Below are positions 39,898 to 50,278 of a DNA stretch of 64,000 nucleotides, in pieces (position 1 is the first letter of the stretch; each line of letters starts with the position of its first letter). This stretch comes from Candidatus Levyibacteriota bacterium (GTDB lineage: Bacteria > Patescibacteriota > Microgenomatia > Levybacterales > UBA12049). Location: the NCBI GenBank assembly GCA_049519175.1, contig JBEKQZ010000001.1:224043-288042 (forward strand), in the 5' to 3' direction. Below the pieces are notes generated by a model that was given only the letters and a program-made list of their open reading frames with translations, did no database searches and was not told where the DNA came from. The position numbers and the translations under genes were made by a program.

Positions 39898-40668
39898 ATG
39901 GCAATAAAAAATAATACTAGGAAAGTACCGTTATTGAGTTTATCTTTTAACGTTTATAACGAAGCAGCAAATGTGGAGAGAACATATAAGGAATGTAAAA
40001 ATATCCTTATTAAAGCAAAGATTCCTTATGAAATAATTCTGGTTGAAGGGGGTTCTAAAGACAATTCATGGAAAGTCTTACAAGCCTTGGCTAAAAAGAA
40101 TAAAGACTGCAGAGTTTTTCAGACGAAAATGGAACCAGGAAGAAAAGTAAATAAAGGAATGAGGGAAGCGCGGGGGAAATATTTTGGATATATGTGTTCG
40201 GACGGGCAGGACAACCCGAATGTTTTACCAAAATTCATAAAACTACTGGAAAGTAATAAAGCGGATTTCGTAAAAGCAAGAAGAGTTAACAGGATTTTTT
40301 GGGAGAGAAAAGTAATTTCAAGAGTGTACAATAGATTATCTGATTTACTTTTTGGGTTAGGTCTTAGTGATATTAATATGCATCCCAAAGTATTCAGGAG
40401 GGAACTGGTTAAAGGAATCAACCTTATTTCTGTTGGTGAAAGCATAGATTTAGAAGTTGTGTTACGGGCCCAGAAAAAAGGATATAGGATAGTCGAAATA
40501 CCGGTAAGGGAGAGAGTTAGAGGTGGAGGAAAATCAAGCGTCAATCCCTCAGTAGCACTGCATATGCTTACGGACATGCTTTCGTACAAATGGGGAAGGA
40601 AAAGCAAAATGTTAAATAGAAACATTAGCGGGGAAAAGCCTTCAAGGAAAGGATCTATAGCTAGCTAA
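39898..40668 (+). CDS. GT2, polyprenol-phosphate sugar synthase-like (divergent)
   Basis: VYNEA, VEGGSKD, CSDGQD (variant DxD), DINMHPKVF, R..G.SS. Confidence 0.78.
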   Translation: MAIKNNTRKVPLLSLSFNVYNEAANVERTYKECKNILIKAKIPYEIILVEGGSKDNSWKVLQALAKKNKDCRVFQTKMEPGRKVNKGMREARGKYFGYMCSDGQDNPNVLPKFIKLLESNKADFVKARRVNRIFWERKVISRVYNRLSDLLFGLGLSDINMHPKVFRRELVKGINLISVGESIDLEVVLRAQKKGYRIVEIPVRERVRGGGKSSVNPSVALHMLTDMLSYKWGRKSKMLNRNISGEKPSRKGSIAS

Positions 40669-40677
40669 TTTTAGAAT

Positions 40678-41634
40678 ATGAAGAATAATCCGATCTATAA
40701 TACGATAAAATTAAAAGTTTTTAATAGAGGTTCTGTGGCGATATATCCAATAGTTTTAAAAAATCTTATGATAGATAAAGTTCGAACACTATTTTTATTA
40801 ATTCTAGTTAAAACTATTCGTTCCCGTTTTCTCGTAAAAACAATACGGGAGATTGACATTGATAAGCAGTCTATTTTGCTACGGCTTGAGAATGGGACAT
40901 CGTTTTTTCTTCCTACAGATAAGATTGACTCTTTAAATGGACTGCTGAGCGGAAAATTCGAAGAATCGGAAACCAGCCGCATGATTAAATATATTAAAAA
41001 GGGAGATGTAGTTTTAGATATCGGAGCAAATTATGGATTTTATACTGTTTTATTTTCGAAGTGGGTTGGTCAAGAAGGCAGGGTGCACGCTTTTGAACCC
41101 TTGCCATGGGCGATAACTCTGCTGGAGAAAAATTTATTGCTTAATAAAGCAACAGAAAACACTATTGTTAATAAATTTGGGTTGGGGGATAAAAAAAACA
41201 CAGCCGTAATATATAAATATGCTTGGTGTGATTCGGGATGGAGTTCTATGGAAAAACATGGTTGGATACCAACCAGCAATTCAAGATGTAAAATCATTAC
41301 GCTTGACGCTTACGTTAAAGAAAAGAAAATAAATAAGGTAGATTTCATAAAATGCGATATCGAAGGCGGGGAGCTTCCTGTATTTAAAGGGGCTCGTGCT
41401 ACATTAGCGAAATTTTCTCCTGTGATAATCTTCGAAGTTCTAAAGGCGTACGAAAAAGATTTTAACTATAAACCGCACGAGCTATATGATTATTTAACTT
41501 CATTAAATTATGACATATATAACGCGAGAGGAGATAAATTACGTTTAATTAAAAGTAATGAAAGTCATAGTATGTGGGGGTATTATTTAGCGATTCCACA
41601 TAAACATAAAAATACATTCAGCAAACATGAGTAA
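40678..41634 (+). CDS. FkbM-family methyltransferase
   Basis: VLDIGANYGFYT, VHAFEP, ITLD, FIKCDIEGGE. Confidence 0.88.
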   Translation: MKNNPIYNTIKLKVFNRGSVAIYPIVLKNLMIDKVRTLFLLILVKTIRSRFLVKTIREIDIDKQSILLRLENGTSFFLPTDKIDSLNGLLSGKFEESETSRMIKYIKKGDVVLDIGANYGFYTVLFSKWVGQEGRVHAFEPLPWAITLLEKNLLLNKATENTIVNKFGLGDKKNTAVIYKYAWCDSGWSSMEKHGWIPTSNSRCKIITLDAYVKEKKINKVDFIKCDIEGGELPVFKGARATLAKFSPVIIFEVLKAYEKDFNYKPHELYDYLTSLNYDIYNARGDKLRLIKSNESHSMWGYYLAIPHKHKNTFSKHE

Positions 41635-43678
41635 GAAAATATCTTCAAGAATAAAAATGCCTAGAAGAATCTTACTCTTTCTAATTTCTACATCATTTAT
41701 CCTGTTTGTCCTCTCTTTAGGCTATTTCCTTTTCGTAAATAGTGATCAGACAAATAACACACCTTACTACAAAGCGTCCGGTGCGCAAAACACTAATCTC
41801 ACGATAATTACACAAAAAGAATCGTGGTCAAAACAAAATCCTCAAAACTTGACTGAGCTATTTGCAAAAAAAACGATTGTAGGAACTTTTGTTGCGCAAG
41901 CCGATAACTTGGGGATTATCGAAATTCCTTTTGATACACATAACAGAAGTATCGATGATAAAGTCATTTTCCGCATAAAGGCAAACGGAGAAAAGAATTG
42001 GTATTTTCAAAGCGTCTACAATGCCGGTCAATTCCAAACAGATGTTCCTTTCCCTTTTGGTATTCCTGTAATCAAGAATTCTAGAAATAATAGGTATACC
42101 TTTGAAATCGAGTCGCTGGATGGAAGACCGAATAACTCAATCTCCTTAAGTAAAGCCAGTCCCTATTTCTTCAGTAAATACAAATTTTCTAAGGCAGAAC
42201 TGACCAGAAATCCTTTAACGTTGATTCAATTCATTGTTGTTAAAGCAATTAATCAGTTACCGCTTCTTACAGGTTACGAAATTGTTATCCTAGCCCTTTT
42301 TATACTTGCTCCCTTTTTACTCTATTTTGTTTTAATAGACTCTATAAGGAGGTTTAAGAAGTGGGTTGAAGCTACTATTCATTTAATTTCCGCGGCCAAG
42401 ATTAAAACATATCTGTCGCGATTGAAAAGGGTAAATTATAATTTGAGATACGCATTGGATAGAAAAGATAAGATAAGACTTTGCTGTTCGATAATTAGCG
42501 TTGGTTTGTTCTCCTCAGTGGCTTTTCATTATTTTCAAGGAGCGTATTATGGGCAAGGCTTTCCTCGGAATACATTTATTCCTAACTGGTTTTTTGGTGA
42601 TTTTTTTGCCGTTTTTGAACAATGGAGAAACTATCAATTTAACGGGATAGGGTTTGGTTTGTCTTATTTTCCGGGGACATATCTATTTATGGATTTGATG
42701 ACAAAATTATTTAATGCATACGTTGCGGTTCTGATAATGCTTATTTCTTTTACAGTCTTTCTATTTGCCTATACCTATAAAAATGTCAAAATTAATAAAA
42801 TCCTGGAATCTCTACGGAATGCTTTTATTATTTCCCTAATGTCTTATCCTTTTCTCTTTGCATTTCAAACTGCCAATCTTGAAATAATTACTTTTATAGC
42901 TGTCTGTCTGTTCTTTATCTTTTACAAAAAACATAAAACACTTAGTGTACTAGCTCTAGCATATGCCATTTCGATGAAACTTTTCCCCGGAGTTTTTATC
43001 ATCTTGTTATTGTTGGAAAAAAGATTTAAAGACATATTCTTAACTTGTGTATTCACTGTTTTCTTTACAATTTTACCTCTGCTTATTTTTGACGGAGGAT
43101 TCAACAAGGGCATCGGAAACTATATAAATAATTTTAAAGGAAGCCAACAACTATATTCCAACTTAATGATTCTAGGCGAGTCGGGGAATCATTATGGTCA
43201 TAGTCTATTAAATGGTTTTAGAGCTCTGTTTCCTTGGGTATTTCCTTCATCAATAGAGCCTATTCTATTTTCCTATATAATTTTTATTTCAATCATTACA
43301 TTGGCTATTATTGGTTATCTTTTCTTCTTTGAAAAAACATTCTGGAAAAGGGTAGCCTGTTTAGTGATGATGATGAACCTATTTCCTTTCACTTCTACAG
43401 ACTACAAGTTACTTTATATTTTTTTACCCTTGTTTTTTCTGATAAATCATTTAAAAAAAAGTAAGTATGATGCTATTTTTATCATCCTTTTCTCTTTGTT
43501 ATTGATTCCTAAGGATTACTTTTATTTTAATAATAACGCTTTTTCTAATCTTAATGTTGTTGCTAATCCAATTATTATGTCAACAATATTATTGTTAATC
43601 ATTTTCTTAGGGATTAAACAGAGCTTAGGTAAGGTAAGAAATACAGTCAATAATAAATTATTTAGTAAAATAGCGTAA
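41627..43678 (+). CDS. GT87-like (DUF2029) GT-C with an N-terminal extracytoplasmic domain
   Basis: FGDFF, YFP, SYPFLFAFQTAN, AISMKLFP, DYKLL; N-terminal domain shared with 43684, 45742 and 54829. Confidence 0.72.
   Translation: MSKKISSRIKMPRRILLFLISTSFILFVLSLGYFLFVNSDQTNNTPYYKASGAQNTNLTIITQKESWSKQNPQNLTELFAKKTIVGTFVAQADNLGIIEIPFDTHNRSIDDKVIFRIKANGEKNWYFQSVYNAGQFQTDVPFPFGIPVIKNSRNNRYTFEIESLDGRPNNSISLSKASPYFFSKYKFSKAELTRNPLTLIQFIVVKAINQLPLLTGYEIVILALFILAPFLLYFVLIDSIRRFKKWVEATIHLISAAKIKTYLSRLKRVNYNLRYALDRKDKIRLCCSIISVGLFSSVAFHYFQGAYYGQGFPRNTFIPNWFFGDFFAVFEQWRNYQFNGIGFGLSYFPGTYLFMDLMTKLFNAYVAVLIMLISFTVFLFAYTYKNVKINKILESLRNAFIISLMSYPFLFAFQTANLEIITFIAVCLFFIFYKKHKTLSVLALAYAISMKLFPGVFIILLLLEKRFKDIFLTCVFTVFFTILPLLIFDGGFNKGIGNYINNFKGSQQLYSNLMILGESGNHYGHSLLNGFRALFPWVFPSSIEPILFSYIIFISIITLAIIGYLFFFEKTFWKRVACLVMMMNLFPFTSTDYKLLYIFLPLFFLINHLKKSKYDAIFIILFSLLLIPKDYFYFNNNAFSNLNVVANPIIMSTILLLIIFLGIKQSLGKVRNTVNNKLFSKIA
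42959..43092 (+). repeat. 134-bp near-identical segment shared with 45010-45143
   Basis: Direct comparison shows one mismatch (43003 C vs 45054 T). Confidence 0.9.
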
Positions 43679-43683
43679 GGTAT

Positions 43684-45732
43684 ATGAGCAAACAGATTTT
43701 TTTAATCAGGCGCATTTCCAAAAGAACATTTTTCTTTTTGATTCTCACATCACTTGTCCTGTTTGTTCTCTCTTTAGGATATTTCCTTTTCGTAAATAGC
43801 GATCAAACAAATAACACCTATTATTATAAAGAGTTAGGTAGACAGGATACCAGCATTACAACGATTACGTTAAAGGAATCTTGGTCAAAGAATGTCTTAC
43901 AAGACAGAAAAGCATTGCTGACGAAAGAAGTCATTGAAGGAAATTTTATCGCGCGAACCGATAATTTGGGAACAATCGCCATACCATTTGATACACACAA
44001 TAAGAGCATTAACGATAAGGTAATTTTCCGTTTGAAAGAAACGGGGCAGAAAGAGTGGTATTTTCAAAGTATTTACAATACGAGTCAATTTCAAAATGAC
44101 ATTCCTTTTCCCTTCGGTTTTCCTATAATCACAAATTCAAAGGATAAAGCTTACACATTCCAGATAGAATCATTAACAGGGAAATATAATAATTCTATTT
44201 CCCTTAATAAGACTAATGGCTATTTCTTTAGCAAATATCAATATTCTAAAGCGGAATTAATAAACAATCCTTCCAGACTGGTTCAATTTCTTACTATTAA
44301 AATCAATGCTCAATTACCATCATTTACTCCAATTGAGGGTTTTTACGCACTCCTCTTTGCTTTAGCTCCCTTTTTACTCTACCCGATTCTAAGAACGCGT
44401 AGTAAGCAGCTTAAAAAGCTGATTAGGACTAAGAGGGCACTATTTACAATAACTAACATCAAAACATATCTTTTGTATTTAAAAAGAGTCAGTTATAATT
44501 TGAGTTACTCTTTGAAGAGAAAGGATAAAATTAAAATCTGCGCTTTAATAGTTAGCGCCGGTTTTTTCTTCGCGGTGGGCTTTCATTTTTTTCAAGGGAT
44601 ATATTATGAAAGAGGGTTTCCCGTAAATTCGTTCTTGCCTAATAATTTTTTTGGTGATTTTTTTATTGTTTTCAATCAATGGAACTGGTATAAATTTAGC
44701 AGTTTTGGTTTAAATTATTTTCCGGGAGCCTATCTTATTGTCGATTTATTAACGAAACTTTTTACTGCATATACAGCAATTGTTATTTACCTATTCTTCT
44801 TTATTACCTTTATATTCTCATACACATACATAAATGTTAAGACAGATAAAGTAATCGAATCTTTGCAATATGCTTTTATCATTTCCTTAATGTCTTATCC
44901 TTTTCTTTTCGCTTTTAACACCGCTAATTTTGAAATAATTACCTTTATATCTATTTGTTTATTTTTTATTTTTTACAAAAAACATAGAACACTTAGTGCT
45001 CTAGCCCTGGCATATGCCATTTCGATGAAACTTTTCCCCGGAGTTTTTATCATTTTGTTATTGTTGGAAAAAAGATTTAAAGACATATTCTTAACTTGTG
45101 TATTCACTGTTTTCTTTACAATTTTACCTCTGCTTATTTTTGATGGAGGATTTAATAACGGAGTAGGGAATTATATTAATCATTTTAGCCGGAGTATGAG
45201 CGCATACGCCGAGTTAATGGTCGTAAGCGGCGCAGGAAATCACTACGGCCACAGTTTGTTAAATGGTCTTTTTGCGCTTTTTACCTGGATGTTTCCTCTT
45301 CTAAGACAAATTATGCTTCCGTATATAATTATTATTTCGATAAGTTCAGTAGTGATTATTTTATATCTTATATTCTTTGAAAAAATATTTTGGAGAAGAG
45401 TCGCATGCCTGGTTATGATGATGAATCTTTTTCCCATTGTTTCTACCGATTACAAATTGCTTTATGTTTTTATACCGTTGTTTTTATTTATTAATTATTT
45501 CAAGAAGGACAAATACGATACTCTTTTTATTATTCTTTTTAGCTTATTATTAATCCCTAAGGATTATTTTTATTTCAATGGCGACCCATACATGAGCTCT
45601 AATATTGTTGCTAATCCGTTGATTATGTCGGTGATATTATTAGCTATTATATTATCAGGATTAAAACCATTAAGTCTTTTTGCAAACGTGATTCGAAGAA
45701 GATTTCGAATTTTGAGTAATTTGGCAAGTTAA
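43684..45732 (+). CDS. GT87-like GT-C, tandem paralogue of 41627
   Basis: Collinear with 41627 over its full length, same motifs. Confidence 0.72.
   Translation: MSKQIFLIRRISKRTFFFLILTSLVLFVLSLGYFLFVNSDQTNNTYYYKELGRQDTSITTITLKESWSKNVLQDRKALLTKEVIEGNFIARTDNLGTIAIPFDTHNKSINDKVIFRLKETGQKEWYFQSIYNTSQFQNDIPFPFGFPIITNSKDKAYTFQIESLTGKYNNSISLNKTNGYFFSKYQYSKAELINNPSRLVQFLTIKINAQLPSFTPIEGFYALLFALAPFLLYPILRTRSKQLKKLIRTKRALFTITNIKTYLLYLKRVSYNLSYSLKRKDKIKICALIVSAGFFFAVGFHFFQGIYYERGFPVNSFLPNNFFGDFFIVFNQWNWYKFSSFGLNYFPGAYLIVDLLTKLFTAYTAIVIYLFFFITFIFSYTYINVKTDKVIESLQYAFIISLMSYPFLFAFNTANFEIITFISICLFFIFYKKHRTLSALALAYAISMKLFPGVFIILLLLEKRFKDIFLTCVFTVFFTILPLLIFDGGFNNGVGNYINHFSRSMSAYAELMVVSGAGNHYGHSLLNGLFALFTWMFPLLRQIMLPYIIIISISSVVIILYLIFFEKIFWRRVACLVMMMNLFPIVSTDYKLLYVFIPLFLFINYFKKDKYDTLFIILFSLLLIPKDYFYFNGDPYMSSNIVANPLIMSVILLAIILSGLKPLSLFANVIRRRFRILSNLAS
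45010..45143 (+). repeat. Second copy of the 134-bp segment
   Basis: Offset 2051 nt from the first copy. Confidence 0.9.
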
Positions 45733-45741
45733 CCATAAGCT

Positions 45742-48700
45742 ATGAAAATCATATCTGGGAAAAAAACTCTATTACTTTTACTTTTCTTATCAATCGGCAT
45801 ATTTGCTTTATGTTTCTTTTATGTTTTATTTATAAATAAAGGGGCATTGGATAGCGGAGATTATTATAAATCCTCTCAGGGACAGTATGGCTTGACAACT
45901 CTTATAGCAAAAGAATCTTTAACAAAATCTCCGGCAAATCAGGAATTATCGGCAAAAAAAACACTTAATCAAAATTTTACCGCTCGATTTGATAACTTGG
46001 GAACAATAGCCCTGGCATTTGATACAAACAACAGAAGTATTAACGACAAAGTTGTTTTTCGCCTAAAACAGAGAGATCAAAAAGACTGGTATTACCAAAA
46101 TACATACAACGCTAATCAGTTCCAGAATAATATTCCATTCCCTTTTGGTTTTCCTGTTATATCAGATTCAAAGAATAAATCCTACTCAATACAAATTGAG
46201 TCATTGGAGGGTAAGTCCGGGGAGTCCTTAATTATAAGCGAAAACAATAAAAATTTTCTTAGCATATATAAATATTCTAAATCGGAATTAATCAATAATC
46301 CTAAGGCGATGATTCAATTCTTTGTAAATAAAATTAATACACAAATTCAGTTAATTGCAATAAATGAAATAATTTTGATGACATTCATAATTGTTTTGCC
46401 CCTGCTTATGTATCCGTTATTAAAACCTTTCCCCTTAAAGATTATTTTAAGACATAAAGCACTTATTTTTTTGATAGTTTTGCTTACCGGCATGTCTCTA
46501 ATTTTATATAGGAGTTATATTTTTGGCGGAAAACTTTTTCTGTTCGAAGATTTCGGAAGTGATTCCGTAAGAGTATCGCTGCCGACTTATATTTTTCTTT
46601 TTGATTGGTTTAGAAATGGAATGCCATTATGGTCAGATAAAATGGGAATAGGAACCAGCGTTTTGTCTCATAACGAAATTATTTTCGACCCCTTTACATA
46701 TATCCTGTTTCTCTTTGGTAAAGCAAACATAATTTATATGTTCGTGTATATGGTTATAACGAAAATAATTCTGGCAGGGGCATTCTTTTGGGCATTTTTA
46801 GGAAAATTCAGCAAATACAAATTGTCTTCTTATGCGAAGATTATCGGGGCGCTAACTTACGCATTTGGGGGATATATGATTGTTACAGGTCAAAACTATG
46901 TCTTTGCGACGATGTATGTTTACCTACCGTTGATTCTATTAGGATTTGAAATATGGTTGCAAAGCAAAAAGAAATGGCCATTAATTTTAATGTTGACTCT
47001 TACAGCTTTATATTTCTTTTATTTCTTTTATATGACCGCTGTTTTCTTCGCCGTTTATGCTATTTTTAGATATTTTACAGTCTACGTTTACAAACCCAAA
47101 CATTTCTTAAAATATTTGTTCACATTGGCTTCATATGGCCTTGTGGCAATAGGAATAAGCGCTTTCTATTGGTTGCCATCAATGATATTAACGCTCAGCA
47201 ATATAAGAATTGCTTCATCCTCGCAATCTCTCGATACTCTGTTTACATTTAACCCAAGCAACGTAATAACAGTATTTTCTCGTCTTCTTGGAGTAGATGC
47301 ATTGGGTGGCCCAATGAATTACGTGGGGCAGGATGCCGATTACTTTCAGCTCGTTACTTACGCAGGAATTATAACAGCCTTATTAGTGCCTCAAATATTC
47401 TACCAGTTGAGTAAAAAAACAAAAAAACCATTTATTATTTTTAGTATAGTGTTGGCGATTTTTTTGTTCGTTCCGTTTTTCTCCTATGTTCTAAACGGCT
47501 TTAGTATTATTTCTTATCGCTGGATATATTTCTTATTTTTCGTTTCGTCGCTCTTTTTATCTCTGGTTGTAAACTTTATTTTCGAAAAAAAGAGGATAAG
47601 TTTTAGACTCCTTATATTAACTGCCGGTTTTTTAGTTCTAATTTCATTAATCGCAATAATCTACCCGGTTCCTATAAAGGCGGATGGGATATTTAATATA
47701 TTAAATTCATACATCCATTCCTCAATAGTTCATAGATATCTTTTAAATAACTTCAGGGTGTTTCTTAAGGACTACATTTTTATAGCTGCATACCTAGTGT
47801 TGATTTTCCTGCTCTTTAAAACAAGATATAAGAAATTTATCATGGCCACAGTCTTAGCTTTAGTCTGTATAGAATTGGTTTGGTTCCCTACGCTCTTTAT
47901 AAATAATAGATTAACTACTTCCCCCGACCCTATAAAAAATCATCTTGGCTATTTTGATTATACAAATGAAGCGGTAGCCTATATTAATTCTATCGACACG
48001 AGTATTTATAGATTGGATAAGTCTTATGATTCGGTTAAATCCGAATATGGAATAATACCTTCAGATAATGAAGCAATGGCCCAAAATTACAGGGGGCTTA
48101 AAAACTACGTATCCAATAATCAACCAAACTATATCCGCTTTCTGCAGAAAGCGGATATATTTGTATATTATCCTAATCCCAATTTTCCTCCGGCAAAAGG
48201 AATGAAGCCCGAAGACTTTAAAGACGCTAATCTAAATTACATTAACGGAGTAGGAAATAGATACATATTGCAAACTTTTTTAGGGGTTAAATACTATTTA
48301 ACCAATAAATATTTTGACGGTCAGTTGCCTGGTTATTTCCATTATGTAAAAACAGTTGATGGTATTAGTATTTACGTAAATGATTATTATTTACCTTTGG
48401 GAATGACTTTCGACAATTTTATAACCAGCAATGAATTTGCCAAGCTAAATAATTCTTCCAAAGATTTAGCGTTGTTATCATTTGTCGTTATTGATGATCC
48501 AAAAGAATTGGGAAACATAATAAGTAGAAGCGATGCAAGTAAATTAAGCGAAATCTCACCGGAAAATATAGGGAACATCATCGGTGACCGAAGAAAAGAT
48601 TCATTGAAATTAATTTTCTACAAAGAAGATAGTCTTAAGGGAAGAATTTCTATTGTAGGAAATAAAATTCTTGTTTTAACAATTCCTTACGACAAGGGTT

Positions 48701-49005
48701 GGACAGCCTATGTTGACGGGAGCAAGGTAGTAACGTTAAAGGTTGAGAATGGGCTAACCGGTATCAAATTGTCCCCAGGTAAGCACATTGTTGAGCTAAA
48801 GTATTTCCCACAGGGAATGACTGCCGGAATAATAATTTCCCTCGTAACCTTGTTGTTGTTGCTGATAATTGCCAAATTTAAAAAAAAGATATCAAAAGCA
48901 ATGGCTCAAATTAATAAGCTTTCAATGCTATACTACAAACATTACCTGAGTAAACCATTTAAAAAAACGGTGAAAGTCTTAGAACGTTTTAGCAATGAAA
49001 TTTAA
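45742..49005 (+). CDS. YfhO-family GT-C with the shared N-terminal extracytoplasmic domain
   Basis: DFGSDS, PLWSDKMGIG, YRW, LGVKYY, LVLTIPYDKGWTAYVDG..G.H..ELKY.P. Confidence 0.78.
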   Translation: MKIISGKKTLLLLLFLSIGIFALCFFYVLFINKGALDSGDYYKSSQGQYGLTTLIAKESLTKSPANQELSAKKTLNQNFTARFDNLGTIALAFDTNNRSINDKVVFRLKQRDQKDWYYQNTYNANQFQNNIPFPFGFPVISDSKNKSYSIQIESLEGKSGESLIISENNKNFLSIYKYSKSELINNPKAMIQFFVNKINTQIQLIAINEIILMTFIIVLPLLMYPLLKPFPLKIILRHKALIFLIVLLTGMSLILYRSYIFGGKLFLFEDFGSDSVRVSLPTYIFLFDWFRNGMPLWSDKMGIGTSVLSHNEIIFDPFTYILFLFGKANIIYMFVYMVITKIILAGAFFWAFLGKFSKYKLSSYAKIIGALTYAFGGYMIVTGQNYVFATMYVYLPLILLGFEIWLQSKKKWPLILMLTLTALYFFYFFYMTAVFFAVYAIFRYFTVYVYKPKHFLKYLFTLASYGLVAIGISAFYWLPSMILTLSNIRIASSSQSLDTLFTFNPSNVITVFSRLLGVDALGGPMNYVGQDADYFQLVTYAGIITALLVPQIFYQLSKKTKKPFIIFSIVLAIFLFVPFFSYVLNGFSIISYRWIYFLFFVSSLFLSLVVNFIFEKKRISFRLLILTAGFLVLISLIAIIYPVPIKADGIFNILNSYIHSSIVHRYLLNNFRVFLKDYIFIAAYLVLIFLLFKTRYKKFIMATVLALVCIELVWFPTLFINNRLTTSPDPIKNHLGYFDYTNEAVAYINSIDTSIYRLDKSYDSVKSEYGIIPSDNEAMAQNYRGLKNYVSNNQPNYIRFLQKADIFVYYPNPNFPPAKGMKPEDFKDANLNYINGVGNRYILQTFLGVKYYLTNKYFDGQLPGYFHYVKTVDGISIYVNDYYLPLGMTFDNFITSNEFAKLNNSSKDLALLSFVVIDDPKELGNIISRSDASKLSEISPENIGNIIGDRRKDSLKLIFYKEDSLKGRISIVGNKILVLTIPYDKGWTAYVDGSKVVTLKVENGLTGIKLSPGKHIVELKYFPQGMTAGIIISLVTLLLLLIIAKFKKKISKAMAQINKLSMLYYKHYLSKPFKKTVKVLERFSNEI

Positions 49006-50278
49006 CAAAGTAATAAAAGTTGCGTTAGCTATTGATATCCGGTTAAAGTTAGGCAAAAAAAAATATATTTTTTACGCCACTACTTTTTTAGGTTTTTTGA
49101 TATTTATCCTAAGCGGTTTATTAACAAGGGGATATAGTCTCTACAGCCTCTTTCAATCTAATAAAACGGATTATTTTATGGATTTTTATAATCCATTATC
49201 GGAATTACTCAACGGACCCTATTCTCATGGGTCAATTTACCCACCATTGCCGCTTTTAATTTACAAGTTTTTACTTCGTTTTGTGCCATATAATATAGTC
49301 TCTCATGGGGCTTTCGCAATTAGAGCCAGTCAAATAGGAGAAATCGTATTTCTTTTCTATTCACTAATAACTTTGTTGACATTCCTGGTTATTCTTAGAG
49401 AAGTAAAGAGAGGGAAAATAATGGAAATATACGGTTTTATCTTCTTCGTTTTATTTTCCGCTCCATTTCTTTTTATGTTTGAGCGGGCAAATATAATTTT
49501 TATTGCTCTACTATTCTCAATGGTATTTGTCTTTTTTAAAGATAGCAAAAACCGTATTATCCGTGAAGTCGCTCTTATCTGTTTGGCGATATCCGCAGGA
49601 GTTAAGCTATACCCTGCTTTATTTGGATTATTGCTCTTAAAAGAAAAGCGGTTTAAAGATACTTTTAGATTATTATTATATGGTATAACAGCATTTATCT
49701 TGCCGTTCTTTGCCGTTGGGGGAATTAGTCAGCTGCTGGTTCTAATTAAAGATATCTTAACTACGTCTAATGGTGCTTTAGATTGGGGAGTAGGTTATGC
49801 GGTGAATATCTTAAGTATTGTCAGAATATTTTATGGTTTCATTGGAGATTTCGGTAAGGGCCCTATTTTCATAGGGAATACTCTGTCTTATCTCGTTTTA
49901 CTTTTTGGAGTCATTTCCGTGTTTCTCCTAAAATCAAAATGGAAAACTGTTGCACTACTTTCTTCGCTTATGATTATGGTTTCGTCCGTAAGCTATGTTT
50001 ATTCGTTGATATTTATGATAATTCCCTTGATTATGTTTTTGGATAGCGAAGAGAAACTAAAACGGATGGATTATTTATATCTTATCTGTTTTATTTTTAT
50101 TTTCGTGCCGCTTACTTTGAATAATATCGATTTTATAAATCGTGGATTTGGGTCGTCAGCTAGGCCTTTAACTCTAAACGTGCTTATTCAAAATATAGCA
50201 CTTCTGACTATGACGGTTACTTTAATTCTTCAAGGATTCCAAGAGGGGTTGAAAGGGAAGAATGCTAAAAAAAATTAA
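48995..50278 (+). CDS. GT87-like GT-C membrane glycosyltransferase
   Basis: FMDFYN, IYPPL, SAPFLFMFERAN, AGVKLYPA. Confidence 0.72.
   Translation: MKFNKVIKVALAIDIRLKLGKKKYIFYATTFLGFLIFILSGLLTRGYSLYSLFQSNKTDYFMDFYNPLSELLNGPYSHGSIYPPLPLLIYKFLLRFVPYNIVSHGAFAIRASQIGEIVFLFYSLITLLTFLVILREVKRGKIMEIYGFIFFVLFSAPFLFMFERANIIFIALLFSMVFVFFKDSKNRIIREVALICLAISAGVKLYPALFGLLLLKEKRFKDTFRLLLYGITAFILPFFAVGGISQLLVLIKDILTTSNGALDWGVGYAVNILSIVRIFYGFIGDFGKGPIFIGNTLSYLVLLFGVISVFLLKSKWKTVALLSSLMIMVSSVSYVYSLIFMIIPLIMFLDSEEKLKRMDYLYLICFIFIFVPLTLNNIDFINRGFGSSARPLTLNVLIQNIALLTMTVTLILQGFQEGLKGKNAKKN

Noticed and set aside
42959-45143. DGR template/variable repeat pair
   Set aside because: Both copies are inside paralogous coding regions, the single mismatch is C/T rather than adenine-specific, and there is no reverse transcriptase.
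48950-49010. Possible programmed frameshift fusing YfhO-like 45742 to GT87-like 48995 at TTTAAAAAAA
   Set aside because: The downstream frame has stops at 48971 and 48980, after the slippery run; 48995 has its own ATG with a normal short overlap.
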